DNA from: Amoebophrya sp. A120
Lineage: Eukaryota > Protista > Dinoflagellata
Reading direction: 5' to 3'
Length of the DNA stretch: 64,000 bases
NCBI GenBank assembly: GCA_905178155.1
Contig: CAJINV010000002.1
Location: 634,422-698,421 of the forward strand
The notes under the pieces were generated by a model, which had not been told where the DNA came from, did no database searches, and was given only the letters and a program-made list of their open reading frames with translations. Below, in pieces: positions 1 to 11,900 of this stretch. Both the position numbers and the translations under genes were made by a program. The stretch's first letter is position 1; each line of letters opens with the position of its first letter.

Positions 1-701
1 AATGCGAAAAGCCCGAGAGCCTTTCGGGAAGGGTTCCCAGAGGGGTTCCGGGACCCCTTTTGGGGAGGGGTAGCACCATCGTGATTCGAAGAAAAATCAA
101 TAGGCTTTTTTTTAGGGTTCCGGGCACCCCTCCGGCCCCCCCTTTTTGGAAGGGCTCCGGAAAGGCCTTCGCGGCCAACATATATGCGTGGTGCCCGCTA
201 GAGACGACGAGGCCAGGGCCTGTGTAGACATCTCTCGGGGCGCCAGCCTCACACGCTGATCCAGGCCATAGCGGCAAATACCTGCACGGAGAGAGCAATC
301 GGGGAAGCGGAGCAAAATATTGCGCGCGCCCGGCGTTTTCTAGGTGAAAACATCAGCCACAGAAGAACCCCCAGCGCCCCACCCCCCTTCGCGTCAATAC
401 TCACTTACCTACTAGAGCACTGCTGCTGACAAGCTAGCTAAAACAAACCGCGTTCAAGTCAGCCCCTCACTAGCGTGCACAGGTTTACTAGCTTTGCGCC
501 GCGAAAAAATGCGCGCAGAATTTTTTTTACGGTCTGAGGCAAATACAACGTTGACGACCCCATGTCGAAAACGACATAGAGACTACTTTTTTACAGCTTT
601 CGCATACTAAATTTCTCAGGCAAACAGCATTGTCATGACAGGAAAAGTTCATCGCATTTTTGGTCCGTATGGAAATTGTTTTACTATTACTTGTTGCAGC
701 A

Positions 702-2597
702 TCACTTGGATAAAAAGTGCGACCCAAACATGGTGCCTCCAGCTCGTTTATGAACTGCAAAAGTATCGTACTAGTATAAACTGCATTACAGATTCCACCA
801 GCATTACAAATTGAATTTGTAATGGTGATTTACCTTGAGACAGAGATTTGTAATGCAGAAATGCAGTTACTACGAGTACGATACTTTTGCACAGGATATC
901 GTTCTCGAATCGCATTCCGGACCGCATAGTACCGCAGGGTTCCGTACGCCGCAGAAAAAACACCGAGCAGAACAAACATAATGGCGCACAAGTTGTCAAC
1001 GTGGGACTCCGTGACCAGATTCAGTTTGTCCATCGCGAACCCCAGGGTGACCAGGCCCGCCGCTGTGCGGATCCAGGCCAGAAACGTGCGCTCATTCGCC
1101 AAGTCGGTGCGGAGGAGCGCGAACCTTGTGGTTTCAGACATGTCTGTATCAAATGTAAAAGTGTCTGGGTCTGGAAGGATGTAACCTGTGGTGCGCATTT
1201 CGGAACTCACAAAAATCTCTCATGCAGAGGTAGCAAGAGCTGCTCACTTTCTGTCACCAAATTGGGGGATTTGTCATCCGGGTTCGACATTGCGGAAGCT
1301 TCTCGAAACCTGTGATGCTGGAGCTTCCATACCAGACCTTCTGTGTCATGCAGAAATAGCATGACTCTTCCAGACCCAGACATTTTTACATTCGATAGTC
1401 TGTCGCATAATTTCCGGTCCTCGACGCATCCTCGACACGGTTGGCGGCCCTCGTAGTTGTCTCTTCTTGTTGTTTGCTGGAACAAGTGTTCAGTGTCCTG
1501 GTAGTTGTGCTGGAGGAGTTGTTTGCATGATCTGATGCAGCTGATACGACGAGGACCCTATTTATTTTATATGGGTGTGTCAGGATCGAAATTCTCAAAG
1601 TTGAAAAAAAAATCCGGGGGCCCCTGAAGAGGTGCCGGGATTTTGCGTTTCAACTCTGACACATTCGCCCCCCCTCCGAGCTAGCCACCACGCTATGCTG
1701 GAATGTGTCAGAGTTGAAGGGGGTCCCGGAGGGGGTGCCCTGAAGGCCCCCGCCAAGTTCTGCCAGAATTTTTTTTCAACTTTGACGATTTCAATCCTGA
1801 CACTGCCATATTTTACTGCCATTCGTTACAGCTGCACTCCCCGCAGGATGATCAGGTCCCGTCTTCACAGAAGCCGCTGAAGCAGTAGTTGTCCTGACAT
1901 CTTCCACGTTCGACGATATCACCGGCGGAGGAGCTGACGGCGAAGCGGTTTCGTGCTTTATTTGATGCGCAGGACGAGCAGCCGTGTCGTCTGCTACAAC
2001 TCCGTGGTAGTCTCTGAGCGATCCCGCAGCGCTGGAAATCATAAACGACGTTGAGGTTCTGCAGGACCCCGCAAGCTTCACAACTTGTTCTTCCGTGCAG
2101 TCAAAGTCCTTGGTACAAGAACTCCTGCTCGTGGTTGCACAGTGGAGATCTTCTCGTGCGAGCAAATCCCCATCATCGAGAAGCGACGAGCCGTGTTGAG
2201 CCAGCAGGTGGTCCGCCCCTCCTGCGTCTAGAGCATCGCCCTGCATCAAATTCGGGTCAGATGATGAACTGGTGGTGGTTGTCAGCGTTATGTTCGACGG
2301 GAAACTGAAATTGTGCAGCTGCCCATGCCCATTCTGGTCTACTCGATTGATCAGCGGTGTTCTCTTCGTGCTGAGCCGCGACGAAGTCGTGGCGTAGCAG
2401 GGGAGATCTTCGCTGCTGTCTGCTTGTGGCGGAAGCGGAAAATGACCGTGTAGTTGACGACCACATTGTGGGTCCTCCCCGTGCAGCCTGCGCTCGTCCC
2501 TCAACACGTGGGCATCTTCTCGGGACCCGTCGCCAGTGCCGCTACTGTTCATCGCAGATGCAGTTGCCCGCGACGTGGTAGAACGACGCCCGAACAT
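702..2597 (-). CDS. DUF202/YidH-type (VTC1-like) membrane protein with a long low-complexity N-terminus; 4 exons, 3 introner introns
   Basis: Motif RTDLANERTFLAWIRT followed by hydrophobic helices. Removing 1570-1810, 1147-1397 and 749-898, each with one 5-bp repeat, joins the ORFs in frame (NGSK|INRV, NYATD|MSETT, IRER|AGG). ATG at 2597, TGA at 702-704. Confidence 0.8.
749..898. mobile_element. Introner element, family B (150 bp)
   Basis: TATGAACTGCAAAAGTATCGTACT...AGTACGATACTTTTGCACAGGATA; DR TCGTT on both sides. Confidence 0.9.
1147..1397. mobile_element. Introner element, family A (251 bp)
   Basis: TATCAAATGTAAAAGTGTCTGGGTCTGGAAG...CTTCCAGACCCAGACATTTTTACATTCGATA; DR GTCTG; interior closely similar to 54730-54981. 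Confidence 0.9.
1570..1810. mobile_element. Introner element, family C, atypical GC-rich interior
   Basis: TATGGGTGTGTCAGGATCGAAAT...ATTTCAATCCTGACACTGCCATA; DR TTTTA; internal inverted pair TTCAACTCTGACACATTC/GAATGTGTCAGAGTTGAA. Confidence 0.88.
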
Positions 2598-4163
2598 TCT
2601 GTTTTTTTCTGTTCTTCGCTACCAGCAGAACTTGGGCGGCCGGTGCCGAATTGGAATCATGAAGCGCCTACGTTTTATTGCGAACGCGTTACCTCGACGT
2701 AAGTAGGTCTGCGTCTGCTGCAGTCGTCCAGTGTCTTGCACCAGGCAGGTGAAGACGATGAAAAAAATGGCAGAGCGAGGTCGGTGTGACGATGGGATGA
2801 AAAAAAGCGGAATAAATTCTTGTTAAACGCAAAATGTTTTAGTAAACCAATCGGAATCGAAACGCCAGACCGGCGGAAGTTGATCTCGTTCGGTCGTACC
2901 GGCGATCATATTATCCTCGGCGCTGCATGGGACCTCGATCTTCATGGTCTTCCTTTATTTGTATTTCATGATCTTTCATCACAGGAGACGCTTCTTAGGC
3001 CACAGCTCTTCTGTTTGCACCGAGTCAAAAATGCCATTCTTGCTCAGGACAGAAGTTCTCCACCAGAATACAGTAGAACCCGACAGATCGTGTACAGTCC
3101 TCAGACCACCACAGACCCGAACTTTCCGTACTTACGGGGTGCTAGTGGAAAGTTCTTTACTCATGGGAACAAAGCGAAGTGGAAGTTTTCATATAGGGCC
3201 GTTTTTCATCACGAAGGCGAGCCGTCGGTGTTGTCATCGGTGTTTATCTCTACTTCTTCTATGCACCTATTACATTGACATTATTTATTTTCCAGTTTTT
3301 GTAGTGTACAGCCATGCGTTTGCGTCTCTTTATTCTTTTCAATGGATATACAGATGTGCTGCGTCATTTGTACGATGTACATGTTGAATCTTGCACCTAA
3401 CTTTCTGAAAAAAATGCTCGAGCTGCTTAATTTGGTGCAACCTTGGCAACAATTGCTCAACAATGAAATTACAGTGCATTTGGCTGCTTTACTCGACGCT
3501 GTTCGTTTTGATTTTCAACCAGTCTTCGATAGTGGGTGTTTCGCTAGAGAAATACGAACCACAACTACGCCGAGAGTGCTCGCTGATATTACTTCTAGGC
3601 ACGTCGAAGAGGACGACGGTTTTTGGAATAAAAATACTTGCGTGGAGAAAAGATTCTATCAAGAGGGAGCTGTATGGTTATAAAAGAAGATCTTCTTGAT
3701 CTACCAACTAAAAAGCGCGGCCGCTTTTCTATTGTTTACTTCTGCAACGAAAGATGAAAAGTATTGTCTGCTAAACGATAGACTCAACTAGACCTACGTG
3801 CTCTATACAAAACTCCATGTGCTGAGCGACGTCGTGGTGCCTGTTCTTATCGCGTTTCTTCTGTGCGTTTCTTCCGCGGCATTTTATTTTGGCTGTGCTA
3901 GCTTGTCCTGTCGCAGTCGTGCCTTGATATTAACAACTTCTACAACGTAAACGGACTAAACGGTAGTTGAAAAAAAATGTGTACAGAGATGCTGGAGCGC
4001 CGCTGCTTCACAGCTTGTCATCTCTTGCTCGTTGATTATGATTGTAAACTCTAATACGAACATATAAATTTGCTTGCTGTGCGATATAGTACTTTTTCGT
4101 CTTCATCTTCTTGGAAGTTTAATTGTGTGGATGTGGAACAAATTCTGTACTTAAAAAAACATT

Positions 4164-4226
4164 GGTCCTCATCTGCTCGGACCATTACAACTACGGTAGT
4201 TGTAATGGTCCGAGCAGATGAGGACC
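4164..4226. repeat. Perfect palindrome, 31-bp arms with a 1-nt spacer
   Basis: GGTCCTCATCTGCTCGGACCATTACAACTAC-G-GTAGTTGTAATGGTCCGAGCAGATGAGGACC. Confidence 0.95.
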
Positions 4227-4577
4227 TTCTAGCTTGATGTTTGAATACCTATACCGTGGTGCTTCTGAGCTCGTACACAATCCACCAGCACAAGCATCAA
4301 ACTGTATCTGTAAGTAAGTATCGTATATTTGCGCGACTTCTGTGAAAAAAAATATTGCCAGAAGGTGTTCCTCTAAAAATAAAATTCAACACCTTCTTCA
4401 CATTGGTTGTTTTTTCTTGTATTCATCTTCTCTTACACTTTCACTTTGAATTTGTTTCGAAACGTTTTTAAATCGACTTTTGCATAAGCACGATTCGCCT
4501 AAACTCCCTCTAGTACGTTGAGAGGACCTTTTTCTAAATCTACTACTCCAATCACACCTCATCCACCGACAGAAATT

Positions 4578-7500
4578 TCAAACCCACACCGGTTCCCGCA
4601 ACTCAAAGGGTTTTTTGTTTCTGCTGCAGCACCAGCTGCAGCAAATGCCGCAGGTTTTTTCGCTCTCATTCTGCTTGTTCTCCCTAGTGGACGTCGGACA
4701 GGAACTATCATTTCCCTGCAATTTTTTCCGGTTCATGTGATCCTGATGTGCAACATCAACGGCCGTTTCGCTAGTGCTGGCGCTGCTAGTAGCTCGTGTG
4801 GCTTGTGAAGGGCAGATGCTGCTTCCCTCAGCTCTAGAAGCAGAAGCTGAGTTGCCACCAGCTGGAGCACGTTGCTGCCACAGGGACGAGGAGAACAACG
4901 ACCACGACCTCCGGAAAAAAATATAGCGGAGTAACAGCCAAACGACAAGCAGCAGTACCACAAACAAGGGTAGATGTTGTTGGGGACCAGCCGTCGATGC
5001 TGCGAATAAAAACAAAAAGCTGTCAACGGGACCCGGTTGTATCGCTTGTGTAGATGAAGACGTAGTTCTAGTTTTGATTGTGCCAGCACCCTTCGTGGAG
5101 CTAGAGATTCTACTTGTTCCCTCTCCAGCTTGAGATTCTACTTGTTCTGCTCCTTGTCCAACAGATGATGTTGAAAATCGTAGCTGCAAGTTGTTGAGTG
5201 TTTCCGAAAATGCCGCTGGTAAATGGAATGACGGAAGGAACTCAAAGTCGAACGGGAAGGAGAACGGATCGAAATCCATCCAATTAAAAATGGATCTGCT
5301 GCTGATCTTCGTTGTAGTTGTGCTACTACTATCCACTTCATCGCCCCCCGCCGCCGCCGCGTCACCGACAGCTGCTGCGTTAGTAGATGAGGTAGTACTA
5401 CCAGCTATCACAAGGAAAAGTGTTAACGTTAACGGAATTTGTGATGCAGTAATGCATCAGAAAAGTTGCCCGAATTTGTATTGCGTAGCATGCCTGGAAG
5501 GCAAAATTTGTAATGCATGACTGCCATCTGCGGAAACCGTTAACGTTAGCACTTTTTTGTTTGATACCAGCTCCACCAGACGAAGTAGACTTCGACGATG
5601 ACGCGGTTCCCCGCAGATTGCCGCGCTTGACGCTAGGAGCAGTTGTGCTTTTCGCGGAATCATAGCTGTTCGTCGAGGATGCACGTTCCTGATCTTGTAG
5701 TTCAATGTGGTGTAGTTTTTGTTGTTCTTCTTGATCGTCGCGGCCCGTTTTCGGATTTTTCATCCTCTTGGCACGACCCGCTAGCACTTCTACTTCTTCA
5801 TCCTGGTTACTACTTTCTTGGTGCGAGCTCTGCAGTTTCGCCGCGGGCTGGTGCAGCTCCCCTTCTTGCTCCAGAAACGAGGAGGCGAATGCGTTACTGC
5901 TGGTCCCTATCCAGGAAAAAACACCCATCCCCATCCATTTTTTGCATGGCAAATAGTGGACTTTATGCATGTTTTGCATGACAAATTGGATGGGGATGGG
6001 TGTTTTTTCCTGGATAGTCCCCGAATAGAAGCTACGGCTGGTAGTAGCACCACTTCCACCTTCCCGCTCTTCTTCCATTTCGGCCGCGGAGTCGATTTCC
6101 TCTGCGGAGGAGGGGGAAGTGGAGGACGCCGCGTCTGCACCAGCATTGTCCGCGGATGAAATATCTTCCTCCTGTGTTCTGAGTAAAAACGTCCCCACCC
6201 CACAGCTGTCATGCAAATCTGCATGCCAAAAAAAGATTTTCATGCGGAGCCCCATGAGAAGCATTTGCTAGTCGTGTTTTGGGATTTGTGACGCTAGAAT
6301 CAGCATGAGAAACTAGATCTGTGATGCTGCTGAACTAGCTAAACAGGATGACACTACGACCACAAAGAAACTTGTCATGCGAAACAACCAAAGCTGGTTG
6401 ATTTGTCTAGCAAATTTCACATCTTGACTCTGGTGTGGGGACGTTTTTACTCAGGATATCCTGCATGTCGCTACTGTACCAGGATTCGGAAACGTCGTTG
6501 TAGTATTCTGAGTATCCTGTGCAAAAGTATCGCACTCGTAGTAATTGCAGTCATGCATTACAAATTTTCTTCCTAAGGTAAATCCGCATGACAAATTTCA
6601 TCTCTCATGCTGAGGAAAGTTGTAATGCATTTATACGAATACGATACTTTTGCAGTTCATACTGAGCAAAAACGTTCCCACCCCAGCTTCAAGTTGGTAA
6701 GCCTGCAACACAAATCTGCAAGTTTTGGGACTGATGCATGACGAGCTTCCTGGTTAGCAAGGACAGAAGCCGCATTACCAAGATGCCTGCTTATGTCTAG
6801 TATACTTACGTTCTCGTTTACAGCATTACAAATCCCAGTACACGATTACCAATTCCTCTGATGCGGATGCGCATTACTATTACACTTACAGGCACTGTAG
6901 ATGCAAATTATCTGCATGACAACTATGGCGTGGGGACGTTTTCGAATACACTGGATATGTAGCGCGCTTCCACCATTTCGTTTACGGTCGTTTCTGGGTC
7001 GGCCAGCAGCGCTGGGGCTCCTTCATGGAGGTCGCGCTTTTCCTCCACAAAGGAGGAGGAGGAAGTGGCATGATCTTGGTCCTCTTTGCTTTTGCTTTTG
7101 TGGTGATGCTTGTGCTTCTTGTGCTTGCGGTCGTTTTCTTCTTGTTCTTTCTTCTTACGGCGGTGCCGGTGTACTAGATGGGCAGCTCCCCCCACAAGTC
7201 CCGCGCCGACGACACCCGAAAACACTTCCGATCGGACCACCTTGTTCTTGTCTGCACCTGTGGGTGCCTCTTATCAAATGCAAACGTGTCGTATTTCCAA
7301 GTAGTAACCGCAATGTTGATCTCGCTCTCGGCATCGCAAATCTATCCTTGTTCTCGTGAAGTGGGACTGATTCATTTTTCATACTTTTGACTTACTTCCA
7401 TGATTTCAATCATTGCAGTCACTAGTTGGAAGCGCGAGGCTTTTGCAATGCATACCTCAGTTGGTGCTTCTGTGGGTGCTTCTGTGGGTGGATCTGTCGG

Positions 7501-8457
7501 TGGATCTGATGTCGGTGGCCCTGATGTCGGTTCCGGTGGTTCTGATGTCGGTTCCGGTGGTTCTGATGTCGGTTCCGGTGGTTCTGATGTCGGTGGGTCG
7601 GTTGGATCTGTCGGTGGCTCTGTCGATATGAGAATGCACAACTCCTTCTATTTTCCCCACACGTAAGGCATGAGCATCTGTATACTAGCCTCTGCAAGAA
7701 TACATGGAAAAATCTGCACAGCAGGATGACAGGTCGATGCACAAGCACATACAGTTAAATAGTGGTGCAGCTGCTTGGCCGAGAGCTGCGGCCGAAAGCG
7801 ATGTTGATGCAATGAATCAGTGCAGCCCGGTGGCAATAAAGCGTAGGCTGGACAGATGGCAAAGATATTTTGCATGACAAATGAAGGGGACGTCGAAGGG
7901 GCGTTGTGCACTTCTCTACTAGTCGGGCCTAGCGGATTTGGATCCGTCGTCGCTGGCGTATCTGGCGAGTCGCTGTCCGGCACATGAGGGTGGTCATGCA
8001 TGGCTCGCCGAATTTCTTGGGTCGACAGGCCGTCCTTTCCAGTAACGTCCCTATGAAAGCCTCAGAATGAATGGAAATCCTCAAAGTGGAAATGCTTTGT
8101 GATGCATGAAATGTGACGCAACAAAGACTGTATTGCAGAGGACGCAATTGAGGCCGACTATTTTCCTGCTAGGGGTGAAGAATTGGAGTGCTGCCAAGCA
8201 CGACAGAAGGGCACCCCTTTGCCTTAAACTGCATGACAGACATGCTTTAGGTGCCCGGGAAATTTGTCATGCGCCGACTACAAATGCCGCTTCACCTGGA
8301 GTCGTTTTTTTGCATTACAAATCATTTCCACTTTGAGGATTTCCAACCTGAGGCTTTCATAGTCCCCTGCCTGTCCGTGCTCCGAAGTGCCAGCCGCTCC
8401 TTGTTCGTGGCTCGAGGTATCCGCAGCGCTGAAGTGAAGTAGAATACACAGTAGCAT
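4578..8457 (-). CDS. Putative secreted/type-I membrane mucin-like protein (signal peptide, Pro/Thr/Glu repeats, C-proximal TM helix)
   Basis: ATG 8457 gives MLLCILLHFSAA; PTSEPPE repeats at 7455-7625; TM-like PLFVVLLLVVWLLLRYIFF. The frame is restored across introners 8052-8361, 7627-7921, 7272-7454, 6504-6957, 6175-6458, 5908-6016 and 5406-5566. Confidence 0.7.
5406..5566. mobile_element. Introner element, family F-like
   Basis: TATCACAAGGAAAAGTGTTAACGTTAACGG...CCGTTAACGTTAGCACTTTTTTGTTTGATA; DR CCAGC. Confidence 0.85.
5908..6016. mobile_element. Introner element, short (109 bp) with ~29-bp TIR
   Basis: TATCCAGGAAAAACACCCATCCCCATCCA...TGGATGGGGATGGGTGTTTTTTCCTGGATA; DR GTCCC. Confidence 0.9.
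6175..6458. mobile_element. Introner element, family H
   Basis: TGTTCTGAGTAAAAACGTCCCCACCCC...GTGGGGACGTTTTTACTCAGGATA; DR TCCTG. Confidence 0.88.
6504..6957. mobile_element. Nested introners: family H outer element with family B element 6513-6661 inside its left TIR
   Basis: Outer DR TGTAG; inner DR CTGAG splits the TIR TATTCTGAG|CAAAAACGTTCCCACCCC. Confidence 0.88.
7272..8361. mobile_element. Three introners (7272-7454, 7627-7921 family E, 8052-8361 family C-like) separated by exons
   Basis: TAT...(A)TA ends with TIRs; DRs CCTCT/CCTCA, GTCGA/GTCGG and GTCCC. Confidence 0.8.
7455..7625 (-). repeat. Coding tandem repeat (21-bp unit, PTSEPPE)
   Basis: TCTGATGTCGGTTCCGGTGGT-like unit x3 plus degenerate copies. 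Confidence 0.85.
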
Positions 8458-8924
8458 GAGCAATCAAAAATCGTAAAACTGCTATATCAAACACGTGTCT
8501 ACACAATTACCCGCGCATCAACCCCCTCACGAACATACGTAGCAGGCCAATGTCAATGATTTGGCTTTTGCAGTGTAGTACGTTGCAAAAGAACTCGGAC
8601 ACAATGAAGATAGAAACTGAAACACAAATAAGTATTTTTATACTAAAATTCCTCTCTGCTCACTTCGCCATTGTTGTCCTCGTCTAGGGCGCGGACCAGG
8701 AGGTCGCGTTTATGGCTTGCTCAGATGTTAGTACAATCTCGAACGCTAGTACGACAAAAATTGTCTTGCATCAACTACGGCATGAGAAGTACCAAACAGA
8801 GACTTCTTACGCAAGATTTTTTCTCTACAACTAGGGGGTGTAGTTTGTTTGGCGCTACTTCCTAAACTTTTCATGCAGCGCCAGCGCATCTGTTTCCCGT
8901 GTTGAGAAGAGGCCGGATCATCAG

Positions 8925-11900
8925 TCACCTGCGTGCTGTGTCATGAATCTGCACTTCTAGTGTAACTGAGATGATTGTGACACCTGAGCAGTTTGTAGTG
9001 CTTTCCGTCTCCGTGTGATTGGTCGACCAGCAGGTTGGGGTCGTGGTTTTTCGCTTCCTCGTAGGTCCTATGCAGTGCAAATATTTCAGGGCCTGGAAAA
9101 CTGTAAAGGTTTGTCATGCTCGACTAGCATGACTTTGACCCTCAACGTTGTCATGCACGCTCCCCAAATAAAGCTCCATTACAATGACTTTATCATGCAG
9201 AATCTACGCAGTTTGTCACGCCGGAAACCCAACAAGCAATGCTGAAACACTAGCAAGCTAAAAACTGACATCAACACCTAGCAAACCACAAACTTGTCAT
9301 GCTTACCCGTCAATTGTAATTGAGGACTCTTTGTGAAGATTATCTTTGATCACCATGATGAAGATCACAAGTTTATTCCAGACATCTTCCAGATGAAATA
9401 TTTGCAATCCATAGCTCAGGCGGTTATCGAGGTCCATTGCGTTCATAACTTCCTGTTCCTCGTGGCCGATCATGTTTTCGTCACGGTGTATGCATTGCAA
9501 ATATGTCTGGGTCTGGAAGGATGCAACTTGTGATGCTACCTTTGGACTCTACACAAAATCTGTATTGCATGAACAGCAAAAGAGGCGCAATTTGTGCTAC
9601 GCGGAGAGGCCATTTCTCATGCGGTATGAGCATCAGAAAGCCGTCACAGAATCTCTGACGCTCGGGCATGCATCACAGACTCCATGGGTCAAGGTCATGG
9701 AAAATCTGCATGACAAACCTTTGCATTCTTCCAGACCCAGACATTTTTGCATTTCATACCGAGCTATCCCATACAAAACTGTATCTCCGTACTCTACGTA
9801 TCCAGAGTGGGCTAAATTTTTTTTCAATTTCAACACAAAAATCAACGCTTAATTACTACATCTTTCTACATGAGAAGAAAATAACCAAACAGGAGCAAGA
9901 ACTTCTTTTTCTTCTATATTTACCACTTCTACTGCGTTGTTCGTTGTAGTCATCTCTTCTGCAAAGAATCGAATGCAAAAATATAAAGACCTAGATGATG
10001 TAACTCTGTTCGTAGTACGGAATATCTTTTATGACTTTGGTATGGATGTGTCAGAGTTGAAATCGACAAAGTTGAAGTAACTTGCAATGCATGAAATCGA
10101 TACCAGTTGCAAGCCCAATGTCTAAGCGGCACGTGACAAATTTGGGTAGAGCCGAAATCCAGTTTGTAATGCTGTTTGGGTAAGGAAGACGCCTTTTGTC
10201 ATGCTACTTTAGCAGCTCTATTTCTACCCCGAAGCTAGAGGCTTACAATCTTCTGCCTCCCTTAAGTCTACTCTGCAAGACAGGCATTTTCTGTGTTGCA
10301 TGTTATGCATGGCAAACTGTTTCGACTTTGACGATTTCAATCCGGACAGTTCCATATTTGCGGTCACCCGCGTACCCCCATGTTGAGATTCTCTAGGTCC
10401 TGCGGTGTATGCATTGCAAATTTATGTCCTCCACGTCTGGAAGAATGCAGGTTGTCATGATGCGAGCACAAAAGAAAAATGTGTTTAACATCGTCGGCAC
10501 AAGTTGCCCATTGCTTGCTAGGCAAGTAGTAGCAGTGACCATAGGCGACTAAGACTTCTCTTGCTAGGCAAAAGGCGGACTTCTCATGCGGAATGCGCGT
10601 CGGGGAGGTCATCTCGCGAAGCAGTCTGTAGTGCTTCTGTGTGCATTCCAGCCCAACATGCGCGTTCTCGTCGAGATGCACAAGTTTTGCATTCAACCTT
10701 CCAGACCCAGACATATGATTGCATTTAATACGGTGTAACCCTCCCGTCAGCCCCAGCGTATTGGTTGAAGGTCCCTGTTATTTAAAATTATTTGATTCCG
10801 ATTTGCACTTAGTAAAGACGTAAACTGCTTGCTTGCGTGCATAAAATCAAGTCGAAGACTTCACTTTATATATAGGAGTCGTGTGACAATAAAGCTGCAA
10901 CCCTGCATTCTGAATCTCATCCGAACAGCTGATGACGCGCACCTCGGTCTATCCCGCCGAGCCCATCAGTGTGGACAAATCCCCCGGTCACCCTCAAAAT
11001 CAACCTATGAGCAGCAGCACGAGCAACGGCAGAAGTACAACAAATCGCAGGACAAATCTGAACCCGGCAAAGGGGAAGCAGTACAGGGAAAGCAGCACAG
11101 GCGACGGCCCTCACATGACAAATCTTAACGCGGACAATGGAGCACAGTGTGAGCAGGCTCAAGAAAATTATTGATGCAGACGGTGTTTGTTCCACGCAAG
11201 ACGGATTTTGGCATTTCTATTTGACGCATTTCACAATAGAGAAGGGGCGAGAGGGGGAGTTGTGCACTAACATATGCCTGCGCTTCCTCCCAAGTGACGA
11301 CATTCTGTTTGCCGTGTTCCTATCAATTGCAATTATGTCTGGGTCTGGAAGATTCTGAGACTTGTCATGAACGTTTTGAATGAGCCATGATGTCTGTCAT
11401 GCATGCCATAGCATCACAGATTTTTTGAGGGCTTCTTGATGCCTATTCGGCATGACAAATGCCCTCTCCGCGTAGCAAAAATCGCATTCGCTTTGCTGCT
11501 CATGCAATACAGATTTTTTCAGAATCCAAAGACAGCATCACAAGTTTTTGCATTCTTGTTCCAGACCCAGATCGATGTTTGCAGTGGATAGTTCCGTATC
11601 CATTTTATTCCAATCAAACCAGCTGATTGAATATCAAACTCAGAAGCACCGCACTGTGCTCCTCGTCGCGCCAACGGAGGTCGTTGTATACCGCCAGCAC
11701 GCAATATGACAGGAATTATCTTGATTTCAAAATGAAAATCAGCATCACAAGTTTCATTTTCGCTTTCGGAAAAAGTTGTAGTTCATCTCTTCAGCAATTA
11801 CTAATTTGCTCCAGAGGTGGTACGACGAGGCAAGCAGTTTTGATGGTGCCACGCATACTACAGTATCGCTGGACTTACCACCGCCCATCTTGAAGAGGTC

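Noticed and set aside
2820-3699. Plus-strand ORFs of 78-152 aa
   Set aside because: No recognisable motifs and overlapping frames; no support.
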